Positions 53,100 to 64,000 of a DNA stretch of 64,000 nucleotides are shown one piece after another. Position 1 is the stretch's first letter. Each line of letters begins with the position of its first letter. The DNA lies in NCBI RefSeq assembly GCF_001194135.2, contig NC_068998.1, positions 22,379,459 through 22,443,458 of the forward strand, given 5' to 3'. The notes under the pieces were generated by a model that was not told the DNA's origin, did not search any database, and was given only the letters and a program-made list of their open reading frames with translations. The DNA is from Octopus bimaculoides. Lineage: Eukaryota. The position numbers were made by a program, and so were the translations under genes.

Positions 53100-53684
53100 T
53101 ATGATAATAATAAAGGAGAAATCCATTAAGGATTTTATCAGTGGGCAGCACATAATACTGACCAATTGGGTGAAACTAAAGCGTGTATATGTATAATTTA
53201 TATTCTTGTTCTTCCAGTCACAATATTTCAATAATGATTCTTCAATTTGAGGCATTAATAATTTACATGTAATGTCAACAATCAGCATGTCGCAGATAAT
53301 ATGAAATGAAATGCTCCTGTACTGTCACTCTTTCTGCTGTTTGAGCAGATGAAATACAATTGTATGAAGTATGTTCTGAGGCAGTTGATTTTGACTTTTC
53401 CGGTTTAGCGTCAGATGTAGCTTTCTAATAAATTATTCTGTTGGCTTTCGTAGTTGATCATTTTCTTCCTTCATTTTATAAACAAGGGCTAACATTTGAA
53501 TTTTTCCATTTGCACCAAAGTGATGGATGAATGTTTGGCTTCTGGTTTATGCACACTAATTTTATGTATTCACAAATTATAATCAGTCGAAGACAACCAC
53601 CGATTGTTAAATGATTCATACGAAAAGCGAATGTTCCATCAGAAGACGTAATAATGTTGGTAACGAAATATGAATACATTCCTT
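53100..53684 (-). pseudogene. decayed exon-like coding block
   Basis: Acceptor cttctcag| at 53684. Open frame EGMYSYFVTN...INQ, then after one frameshift about 150 codons with only 2 stops: FIHHFGANGKIQMLALVYKM...*...LPQNILHTIVFHLLKQQKE*QYRSISFHIICDMLIVDITCKLLMPQIEESLLKYCDW. Confidence 0.45.
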
Positions 53685-54359
53685 CTGAGAAGTGTAAATG
53701 TATTGAATATTGCAGGACTAAAATACTTATGAAACGGAAATATTTTATGCTTAAGGAATTGCCACACAAATATTAATTGCAAAACAAACCATCACATGTA
53801 CAGCATTATATCCCAACAATAAAATGAGAATTATATGAACGCAAATCGAGTCAAAATTATTATATCGGGTTAGGTTAAATAGACAAGAAATCAATAACAC
53901 ATGTCTAAAAGATGTACCTTCAGTGAATAGGCGGACTATAAAAAATATCATAAACTCAGAATGTTTTCCACGCTAAAGGAATAGATATCAAAACAAACAA
54001 CCATGAACGGTAAAAGAAGAATGTTTTATAAGACTTCCAAATCTAAACAAATAATCAACACCGGTACTAAACGCATCTATTTTCACACGGGTAACCTTAA
54101 CCCAATGATGTTATGTGTAAAACATAGGGATTTATGTACGTTCTGAAATAAATCTCACCAATGCTGCGGACATAAATTCTGATTTACCATGTGCAAATCT
54201 ACCTTTACTCATTTATATTTTATATATATANNNNNNNNNNNNNNNNNNNNNNNNNNNNNNNNNNNNNNNNNNNNNNNNNNNNNNNNNNNNNNNNNNNNNN
54301 NNNNNNNNNNNNNNNNNNNNNNNNNNNNNNNNNNNNNNNNNNNNNNNNNNNNNNNNNNN

Positions 54360-54395
<36 letters not shown>

Positions 54396-54891
54396 TCGTT
54401 TACGTATAGTATAGAGAGATAGAAGAGTACGGTGCCGTTGTAGGATAGTAGAAAGGGTGCTATGCCTAAGAGTAGTAGAGCTAATCTGTGAGGAAAGAAT
54501 AAACACTCCGAAGGAGGAGGCGATACTTGGGAGTTAGCGGTATATCAATGGGTAAACCAAGAGCTAACAGTGGAAGATGGTAGAATCGAGCAATGAAGAG
54601 AAAACTGTGGAGAACTAACGTAATGAAAAATTGTAAAGTTGAAAATTGATAAAAACGAAAAGTGAAAGATAAGGAAAAATAGAAAATTAAATTAAAACGG
54701 AAAGATGAAAAGAAAGTGAAATATGAATATAAATATGTTATATGAACAGTAAGAGGGTCTTTCGAAATCCTCAGTTGAGAAAACCCAGAAGACCTTTGAA
54801 AAATACCAGTAAGTTATTTGCTCTCGAATTTTCAAAGTTCAAAGATTCAGAAGTTTCGAAAGTTTAGAAAGTTTAAATGGCCTAGCGGTTT

Positions 54892-54936
<45 letters not shown>

Positions 54937-55211
54937 GTCACGTATTGTCCTTACCTTCGAAAGGCGGAGTAGGTGCAAGAGGGACAACTGATGAAGGGGT
55001 ATATTCTTTATGTTGCATGTCTCGTTTCTCTGTTTGCTTGTTTCTATTTCCTTGTTCGAATAAAAGTTCTTTTTCTATGTTTTCGTTTTTTATGTTTTTG
55101 TTTCTGATTGTGTTTAACGTATTTCTGACGTCATGTACCCATATATGGATGTATATATACATATGTATGTAGATATGGACATATATGTAGGTATACATGC
55201 ATATATTTATA

Positions 55212-55552
55212 TTCACTAGATAACAATTGGCACTCTTAGTTTAATTTTGACTCTATATCTTCAGGAGGAGTTACCTCAATCCTTTCTAAATTAACCAAAA
55301 TGAAGTAGATTGACAAATTTATTTTTGAACCAGTTGAAGAGACGCGAGATGTCGAAATATCGTTCACTAGATAACAAATGACACTCTTCTTTTAATTTTG
55401 ACTCTATATCTTCAGGAGTTACCACAATCCTTTCTAAATTAACAAAAATGAAGTAGATTGACACATTTATTTTTTGAACCAGTTGAAGAGACACGAGATG
55501 TCGAAATATCGTCTACTAGATAAAAATAGCAGTCTTCTTTTAATTTTGACTT
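55212..55552. repeat. tandem repeat of about 150 bp, 2.3 copies
   Basis: actagata...tttaattttgact starts at 55215, 55366 and 55515; copies are near identical. Confidence 0.95.
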
Positions 55553-55666
55553 TATTATTATTATTATTATTATTATTATTGTTATTATCATTTTTAGTAA
55601 TAGTAGTAGTAGTATTAGTATTATCATTATCATAATCATCATTAGTATTATTAATAATGTTATTTT

Positions 55667-55730
<64 letters not shown>

Positions 55731-55822
55731 GCTGCTAGTATAGTAGCAGCAGCAGCAACAAGAATAGTATCAGGAGGCATAGCAGCATTTGCGACACTAG
55801 TATTAATAGTAATTGTAGTAGC

Positions 55823-55861
<39 letters not shown>

Positions 55862-55862
55862 T

Positions 55863-55893
<31 letters not shown>

Positions 55894-55902
55894 CAGCAGC
55901 AG
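55553..55902. repeat. compound (TAT)n/(CTA)n/(GCA)n/(GTA)n microsatellite
   Basis: Direct reading. Confidence 0.96.
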
Positions 55903-57016
55903 CACAATTGAGTGAAGTGTTATACAGGAAATATATATTTCGTCTAGTGAAAATGTTTCCTCTGAGTTAAATTGCGTTAAATTTATATGTTGATCTCTTG
56001 GCAGGCATGTTATGTTCTTGTNNNNNNNNNNNNNNNNNNNNNNNNNNNNNNNNNNNNNNNNNNNNNNNNNNNNNNNNNNNNNNNNNNNNNNNNNNNNNNN
56101 NNNNNNNNNNNNNNNNNNNNNNNNNNNNNNNNNNNNNNNNNNNNNNNNNNNNNNNNNNNNNNNNNNNNNNNNNNNNNNNNNNNNNNNNNNNNNNNNNNNN
56201 NNNNNNNNNNNNNNNNNNNNNNNNNNNNNNNNNNNNNNNNNNNNNNNNNNNNNNNNNNNNNNNNNNNNNNNNNNNNNNNNNNNNNNNNNNNNNNNNNNNN
56301 NNNNNNNNNNNNNNNNNNNNNNNNNNNNNNNNNNNNNNNNNNNNNNNNNNNNNNNNNNNNNNNNNNNNNNNNNNNNNNNNNNNNNNNNNNNNNNNNNNNN
56401 NNNNNNNNNNNNNNNNNNNNNNNNNNNNNNNNNNNNNNNNNNNNNNNNNNNNNNNNNNNNNNNNNNNNNNNNNNNNNNNNNNNNNNNNNNNNNNNNNNNN
56501 NNNNNNNNNNNNNNNNNNNNNNNNNNNNNNNNNNNNNNNNNNNNNNNNNNNNNNNNNNNNNNNNNNNNNNNNNNNNNNNNNNNNNNNNNNNNNNNNNNNN
56601 NNNNNNNNNNNNNNNNNNNNNNNNNNNNNNNNNNNNNNNNNNNNNNNNNTGTTAATAGTTAACAGGATAGAAAAAAACACAAAAACTGGGAAATCATACC
56701 CGTTTAATAGGTAGAAATACCAAGTTAAAGTGGTGTATTTTGAGTAAATATGAAGAGTAATAATAAATGGAGTAAAACGCATATAATCAATAATTGCCTT
56801 TAATTCCTACATATGTTTCAAAATATATGTGCACTCTACTCCAAAGAAGTAAGAGGTGCTGGAATTGCACACAAATTCATCTGCAGGGAACCAATATACA
56901 AAAAGCAAGACAGGCGCTAAATGCTAAGGTTGCGTATGTGTTATAACATTATATAGTTAAGTAAATGACCGTTAGAAGCAAGAACGCTGGCTTACAGGGA
57001 TACACACACACTGATG

Positions 57017-57059
<43 letters not shown>

Positions 57060-57189
57060 GTGCATATACAAAGTATGGTGGTTTAGTTTACAGGTGATCT
57101 AAACGATTAGGTACGCTAGGTAGGTGCTTTTCGCGTCTTTTACTTGGGATGTCTACTATATAAGAATTTTAACCTACATGGATATACAC

Positions 57190-57518
57190 GGGATGGTACC
57201 TAAAGCCTTACACTCATGGATATAGGCAGGATTGCACCTAAGAACTCATGCTTTGGTTTCTATAACTTCGTAAATTTGAATTATGAACCTCTTTTTTGAT
57301 CTGTATTTCCATCTCCTTATTCTTTTACTCCCTTCCTCTATGCTATCATCTTAGTAATATATACCATTATCATTTTCCATATGTCCCCCAATTTTTTTCT
57401 GATGACGGAATATCCCATACCCAAGGATATCACAGAAACAGCTGCAAGATTTTGAATTTCTTCCTGGAATGATAGTGTATATGTCTTGAAATATATGCCT
57501 TGCCTTAATGCTTGATTC
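57190..57518 (-). pseudogene. exon-like block
   Basis: Acceptor ttatttgttaaacag| at 57518. Two frames stay open to a possible donor at 57365 (NQALRQGIYFKT... or ESSIKARHIFQD...). The second continues to about 115 codons with 2 internal stops. Confidence 0.3.
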
Positions 57519-57565
57519 CTGTTTAACAAATAAATATATGCATATATGTATATGAGTATATATGG

Positions 57566-57599
<34 letters not shown>

Positions 57600-58254
57600 N
57601 NNNNNNNNNNNNNNNNNNNNNNNNNNNNNNNNNNNNNNNNNNNNNNNNNNNNNNNNNNNNNNNNNNNNNNNNNNNNNNNNNNNNNNNNNNNNNNNNNNNN
57701 NNNNNNNNNNNNNNNNNNNNNNNNNNNNNNNNNNNNNNNNNNNNNNNNNNNNNNNNNNNNNNNNNNNNNNNNNNNNNNNNNNNNNNNNNNNNNNNNNNNN
57801 NNNNNNNNNNNNNNNNNNNNNNNNNNNNNNNNNNNNNNNNNNNNNNNNNNNNNNNNNNNNNNNNNNNNNNNNNNNNNNNNNNNNNNNNNNNNNNNNNNNN
57901 NNNNNNNNNNNNNNNNNNNNNNNNNNNNNNNNNNNNNNNNNNNNNNNNNNNNNNNNNNNNNNNNNNNNNNNNNNNNNNNNNNNNNNNNNNNNNNNNNNNN
58001 NNNNNNNNNNNNNNNNNNNNNNNNNNNNNNNNNNNNNNNNNNNNNNNNNNNNNNNNNNNNNNNNNNNNNNNNNNNNNNNNNNNNNNNNNNNNNNNNNNNN
58101 NNNNNNNNNNNNNNNNNNNNNNNNNNNNNNNNNNNNNNNNNNNNNNNNNNNNNNNNNNNNNNNNNNNNNNNNNNNNNNNNNNNNNNNNNNNNNNNNNNNN
58201 NNNNNNNNNNNNNNNNNNNNNNNNNNNNNNNNNNNNNNNNNNNNNNNNNNNNNN

Positions 58255-58286
<32 letters not shown>

Positions 58287-59319
58287 GTGTGTATGTGTGT
58301 GTGTGACTGTATATCTGTGCGAGTATGTGTATGTATATTATTTATTGACATATCTATTCGGACAGAGCGTTTACAAAATAGGTATCATGTTATACATATA
58401 GTTCATCACATGCATTCATAAACAGGAAATACCAGATATAAACATACTGAAACACAAATCTTTTCGATATATTAGCCATTTTGAAGTGGTGTAAAGTAAT
58501 CTAAATCAGTAGTTTTGTTTAGAGTTGCAATAATGGATTTATGCACGTAATTATTTTTTTACTGATAGCTTTCACTATATTGCAGCCTATAATTTTTTCC
58601 CCATTATCGGTTGATGTATTTCATTAATTGCATAAGTTATATTATGCCATTATCTCTCAAATTTGTATGCTAACATATCCCTAAATACTTTTCTAGACAG
58701 CACGTTCCCTACCTCATAATGCATACATACACACATGCAAACGTACATATGTATATATGGATGTATTTCTATGTATGTGTTCACGAGTAGTTGCATATGT
58801 AGAAACATTGTGTACATTTGCATGGGAATATATATGTATAAATATTCAAAAATTAGTTTACATAAATGTATTCTAATCATATGATTGTGTGTTTCACAAT
58901 GCCAATAAAAAGTTTGAGGCTTTGTGTATCATAAAAACATTTAGATCAAGTAATAATTTTTATTTTCAATGATAAGAAGATACACATTAATTTACATAAA
59001 TATATTCAAATCGAGTAATAGAGTCTTTGGCAAGAAGATAAAACTCGTTTGGATTGTCAATCAGTTGGTGTTAAAGGTTTAGTCTGAATGTCATCAGAAA
59101 CCATGGTTGTTTGCAGCATCTTAAATTGAACAAAAAAAATGTGAGCAGAGAATGAACAAACAAGTTATAGTGTTCGGATCTGGCTGTAGGGTCTCGCATC
59201 TGGGTGGAATTTAACAGTTACTACTACATTTTCATACAGAAATATTAGCTCAAAATTGCCTTATTTTTAAAAACAATGTGGTGAGTTGATGGCAGTCATT
59301 TGATGAAACGATGGTTCTT

Positions 59320-59385
59320 CGACTAAAAGGCGATGCTCCAGCATGGCCGCATTCAAATACCTGAAATAAAGTAAGAAATAAAAAG
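59320..59385 (+). mobile_element. SINE family A 3' fragment
   Basis: ttcgactaaaaggcgatgctccagcatggccgca. Confidence 0.8.
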
Positions 59386-59556
59386 CTTTATTTTAAAAAT
59401 AAAAAAATAAAACTGAAACAACTGAATACCAAATATATCGTGGGTTTGTTTTAGTGGCTAAGCTGGCAACAGCAACATGACCATCCCAAAATACAACAAT
59501 ATCTGTTTTAACACTCGAATTCACATCCAGAATCTTGCAAAACGAATATATAAACG

Positions 59557-59588
<32 letters not shown>

Positions 59589-60027
59589 ATATATTTTTCG
59601 ATGCAACGTGTTGGCAAGGGGAATCATACAGTGCTCGAAATGTTCACCCTCATTATTGTCTTACTTGTGGGTTTATCAAATTAGGTTGTATAAGTGTTAA
59701 CGTTTGTAATGTTAGAAGAGGCGAGGATCTAAATAAAGGTGTGGTTGATATATTATGACAATATATGTATATAACTACAAAATAATTTGAAACACCGTTT
59801 ATAATGAAGTTACTATTATTCCTGTTCTAAGAAGTTATACCATTATACAATCACATCTGCTGTATTGCCTTCGTGATTGTTAGTGTTTTGCATTTTAATA
59901 CGTCATTCAAATTGCTATTGTGTTGCTGATATAATATTGTGTGTAAGCTTACAAAATTTGTAAAGATATAAATACATGGGAGAAGTGTGTCACCATTGGT
60001 AGTGCCTATGTAGAGAAGGACCAGAAA

Positions 60028-61046
60028 TTATACCAAATTTTCTTTATCCCAGTCCTTGAGGAGTGGGTGAGAGGAAATCTTTAATGAACCACTCCTGTAT
60101 GTTTGTTTTCTGTGATGGTGATCTGTACAGTGCCCATGGCCAGAACATAAATTCCATAGAATGTTTTCATTGGCGACATCGCTCTGTTTTACAGAAGGAT
60201 ATCTCTTGAGGAAACTATATCCAATCTTTTTAATGTCAAGATTTAATTTTTTCAATGAAAAAAGCAAAGGTGGAATTGATATTTTCTAGCTTATAAAATA
60301 CGAACACATGCAGATGAACATCTATTATTCAACATCGTCTGCGTATTACTCAAGCTTTGTGAATATAATGTACTAAAGCATCTATAGAAAGTTCAAACAT
60401 TGTTATATTATGCCAGTTTCAATCATGGTCACTCTCCTTGACAAAAAATTGTCTCTTGTTCTTAAGGTTATTTCTTGGACAACAGAGGTTTCCTAGCATA
60501 ATATGTCGAGCAAAAACATTGTTTCTCAATCTTTGTGTCATGATTCTTAAACAGACAATTTTACATAAGTTATAAAACCTCCTGTAGTCATTTGTTTCTT
60601 TTTGAATCTCTAAGAATTTTAATTTTCAATACCGTCACACATAAATGTAACACTAGACTTTCTGGATCTTTTTTATATTCTGCAAAAGAATCTATCTCTT
60701 TTAGGAAATATGGAAACATTCTGCTTTTTTATGTAAAGATAAATAAGAATGCTATCATTTTTCTGCATCTTGTGAATTTCATAGTAGATGGAGCGTGCTT
60801 CTCGAGAAATATTTTTGTATGGTTTATTATCTAAAGCAAGAAAGGAATCTTTTGTCTGAACTCACAATTTACAGCAAAGAATAAAACATATTCAAACACA
60901 TTAAAACATACATCATATACATTTCATTTTGAATGTAAAAGAGATGTACACCAGCTGATATTTACTATTCACACTTTCCATTTCAAAGAATACAAAATCT
61001 TCCTAACATTCATTTTCTGCGTACAATTTTAATTTCTTATGTTTGC
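60028..61046 (-). pseudogene. decayed exon-like coding blocks
   Basis: Acceptors aatatttcag|61046 and gtgagttcag|60855. Open stretches TKDSFLALDNKPYKNISREARSIYYEIHKMQK... (60 codons) and ORF 60028-60267 (LFSLKKLNLDIKKIGYSFLKRYP...LCSGHGHC...DWDKENLV), linked by frameshifted coding-like sequence. Confidence 0.4.
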
Positions 61047-62871
61047 CTGAAATATTAAACCTTAAGGAAAAACATACGGGTCGATATCTTTCGAATTTCA
61101 TTGTTGATTCTAAATGTGCATACGAATTTTTAAGTTACACAACTTCTACGTTTTCTAGGCGAGACACTTTTCGCCAAGGTGATGTTAAATGCGCATATGA
61201 GAATTATAGCTTCAAACACATTATCAGTCATAAATTTATGTTATACAAATTTCCTCCAGCCCAGGATTCCCTTTTCACTTTCTATGCATATTTACATAAA
61301 AAAACACACGCAATACACACACACACATACACACATGCGTATGTGTGCGTGTGTGTACGGTTGTACGTATGAGCGCGCATATTTGAGTGTGTGTAAGTAT
61401 GATTTTTTTTCTGTAGATTGAGAGGCAATAATGAAAATGGTGAAAAGGAATATCAAATTCCTAATCAGGGATTCCATTGCTATGTTGGTATCTTCGATAA
61501 AGTGCATTGTTTAAAACAGAATACAACATTTTTAGTTCTAACCATACAGTAAACTAACATTTTATGTATTATTTTTTTATCGTAGGATATTTGGTCGAAT
61601 GCTATTAGACTACCTATTCCTAGAGTGTTGTCGAGACGACAGCCCATGAAATGTCATTAAACGGAAAATATATTTTAAAGCTGCAAACTTTCCAATTACT
61701 ATTTCATAGAAACATTAAGTGGTGAAGTTCTTATTACAATTGAACACATCTACCATGGATTTGCTTCAATGTAATATATGTTAAGTAGAGGAGAGATGCT
61801 TTTAATATTTTATTTTGCAGTATGAATTAATATGGAGGAATTTTATACGTAGACATTGTTTTGTAATTTGAATATGTATCCTGTATTACACGGGTATTTA
61901 TTACGGAAAAGATATTAAAATTTAATGAACATAGAATCTGTAGGGAAATTCGTAATTATAAATATAACATGTAGGCAACTAACCGAAGTTTTCTCTCTTT
62001 CAGAGATCAAGCAATTTCTTTAGAGGGTAATCAGTTATATATCATGTATAAGTTCATAAATTACCGCTATATTACCCATTTCTTCCTTTTTCACATCCCA
62101 AAGGAAAGGTAGTCAACGTTCCACAAAATAGTTTGAAATAAGTATTCCAGGGAGCTTTTTACCGAATCCTTGGATTGGAGTAAGAATTTCCGGGCCCCCT
62201 TTTTTTAAAATTATAGTTAGTGTTTTGTTTTCTGACAATTGAGAAACAAGTAATATGAATTTTTCACATGAAATCATTTTAAGATCTGTTTCTGAGATCT
62301 CACATTTTATTAGAAATACATGTTCAGTACTGGGTTGCAATTTCAGTAACGAAGATGAACATTAGCATGCAAAGTACATAGTAAATTTTGAAATCAGTCC
62401 AATTTGGAAAATGGTGACACCTAAGAATCGCATTGTGATGTTAGCTTGTGTATGTTCAAACTAAATTAACACGTACTGAGAATAGTTTTGAGGCTTGAAT
62501 GATTATTGTGGAAATTACATTTCCTAATAAGAACTTAATGTTTATATTATAATAAACACTTCCCTTATTCAAAGCTTCTGTAATCACTAGGATTAAAATT
62601 TATTCAGTACTTGAATAGTTTCGGTACGAAATCTTTTGGTTTCGATGAAGGAAATTCCTTGAAATGCTACTCGATAAATCTCGTCTTATAGGATTTCTGC
62701 AAAGTCTTAGATCTATGGTTTCATTACGAAATATATCCGGAGAACACGAAAAGTACATGTTTATATTTATATTACCGGTGTTTAAACTTATATATTAACT
62801 AAAAGAAATTAAAGGAAATTCTTGTTTTGCATGATATCTTAAGCATTGCATCAACCCTGTCTTGTTTTCAG

Positions 62872-62925
62872 ATATATGAAATGATCTTTCCGTCCGACGG
62901 CAAACACCGATGTAATTTAGGGCAG
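62872..62925 (+). CDS. candidate 54-nt in-frame exon
   Basis: ccctgtcttgttttcag|ATA TAT GAA ATG ATC TTT CCG TCC GAC GGC AAA CAC CGA TGT AAT TTA GGG CAG|gtatct, reading IYEMIFPSDGKHRCNLGQ. Confidence 0.35.
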
Positions 62926-64000
62926 GTATCTCTGTACGGCGGCTATCACATTCACTTTTTGAAGAATGTTCTCTTAAAATAAGTACAATGGAAAATATTA
63001 AATATTTAACCGCACACTATTAACGTGTTGGTGGATTATGTGAAGAAGAAGAGGTCACAAAATTTCGTACACTATCAAATCATTCTCAAATAAAGTAACA
63101 ATTAAATTCATTTCATTTTAGTGTCATCTTCATGAACATGACTTAGAATGAGAAATGTCTTCGAACATAAAGACAAGACTCAACGAAAGCTTACCCGAAT
63201 GAGACTAATCAAGTCAGCATACAAAAGAATATTTTGCAACAAAAATTATGTACAATTATAAACCAGTGGTGCACTATCAGGTATGGAAATATAAATGCAG
63301 TTGTTTGACCGTTAGAATTAAATCAATACACACTCATTCCGTTAAATCACAACACACCACACTATGTACAATACATGCATTAGACTAGAAGACTTGAACG
63401 CTTTCGGAGGATACGTTATTCAAAGCAATTTCAAGTTCGGTAACCAGTAGCAAAAACTGACAGAAGCTTTATTACATGTCTAACTCACTATTAATATTTT
63501 AATCTGTTAATTTTCACCGTACTGCAAACAGCTGTTTCAGCGGTGGACATTTTATGTAAAATATTTTCTTCTGCTTCAGTAAGATACAATTATATAACAA
63601 ACTCCATTATTGTTCATATAATTGCCTCATTTAAACAAAACTGCAATTAATATTCAAGTAATTGAAACATTGTGACATTTGACACAAAGAAGTTCTAGTA
63701 ACAAACATCAAGTAAATATACCTTCCTAACTAAGTAAACACACATTAAAAAACAGATAAAAGTAAAAACATTCGAGAGTTATAAACCGCAGTAACAATTT
63801 GAAGAACACCATCAATAATTATTGTTAGCTGGAAGTAAACTGCTTCTTGCAAACACAATTTAATACAATTTGTAAATAAATTGGTCTCCGAAGATAAATA
63901 GTGAATTTCACAAAAGTAAAGAAAATCAAAACTAGAGAGTTAAAATTTAATTTTATTATGTATTTTGTCAAATATTATTATAATTTCAACCGTGTTGATA

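Noticed and set aside
53250-53400. Resemblance of AERVTVQEHFISY (and ILDFG..EDEKYI at 41.2 kb) to RNF213
   Set aside because: The first lies in the frame with the shorter open stretch and the second has wrong spacing; not enough to name a gene.
54980-55030. CTGATGA followed by a short hairpin in an interspersed repeat
   Set aside because: No GAA(A) after the stem, so the hammerhead core is incomplete.
41220-61046. Idea that TAA/TAG encode Gln (ciliate code; parasite HGT or contamination) in the exon-like blocks
   Set aside because: TGA stops also occur. In the 60 kb block stops cluster in the middle at near-random density while the ends have none, which fits frameshifts. The blocks are interleaved with host SINEs. 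C-to-T and G-to-A decay explains the pattern.
62635-62670. tcgatgaaggaaattccttgaaa hammerhead-like string
   Set aside because: C3/U4 are wrong, extra bases precede GAAA, and there is no stem I or III.

Overview
AT-rich animal genomic DNA, essentially non-coding. The SINE families, the dense (TA)n/(CA)n/(AAT)n microsatellites and 13 N-gaps (about 5 kb, nearly all beside microsatellites) point to an Octopus-type cephalopod draft assembly; that species call is inference. Most long ORFs in the supplied track are N-gap or microsatellite artefacts. Recognisable content is all degenerate: R4/Dong-like non-LTR retrotransposon pieces (5.6-8.3 kb, 39.3-39.6 kb), Penelope-like element fragments with RT and GIY-YIG motifs (22.8-26.5 kb), four Tc1/mariner remnants, two tRNA-derived SINE families in many copies, and several palindromic foldback/MITE elements. 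A chain of exon-like, stop-containing blocks on the minus strand (34-61 kb) looks like a decayed multi-exon gene that I cannot assign. The most notable signal is three unrelated minimal type-I hammerhead ribozyme motifs on the minus strand (about 18.0, 39.2 and 48.2 kb). The 18 kb motif lies in a tandem unit whose two predicted cleavage sites are 259 nt apart, the architecture of animal retrozymes and Penelope pseudo-LTRs. No intact protein-coding gene, rRNA, true tRNA or CRISPR array is supported.
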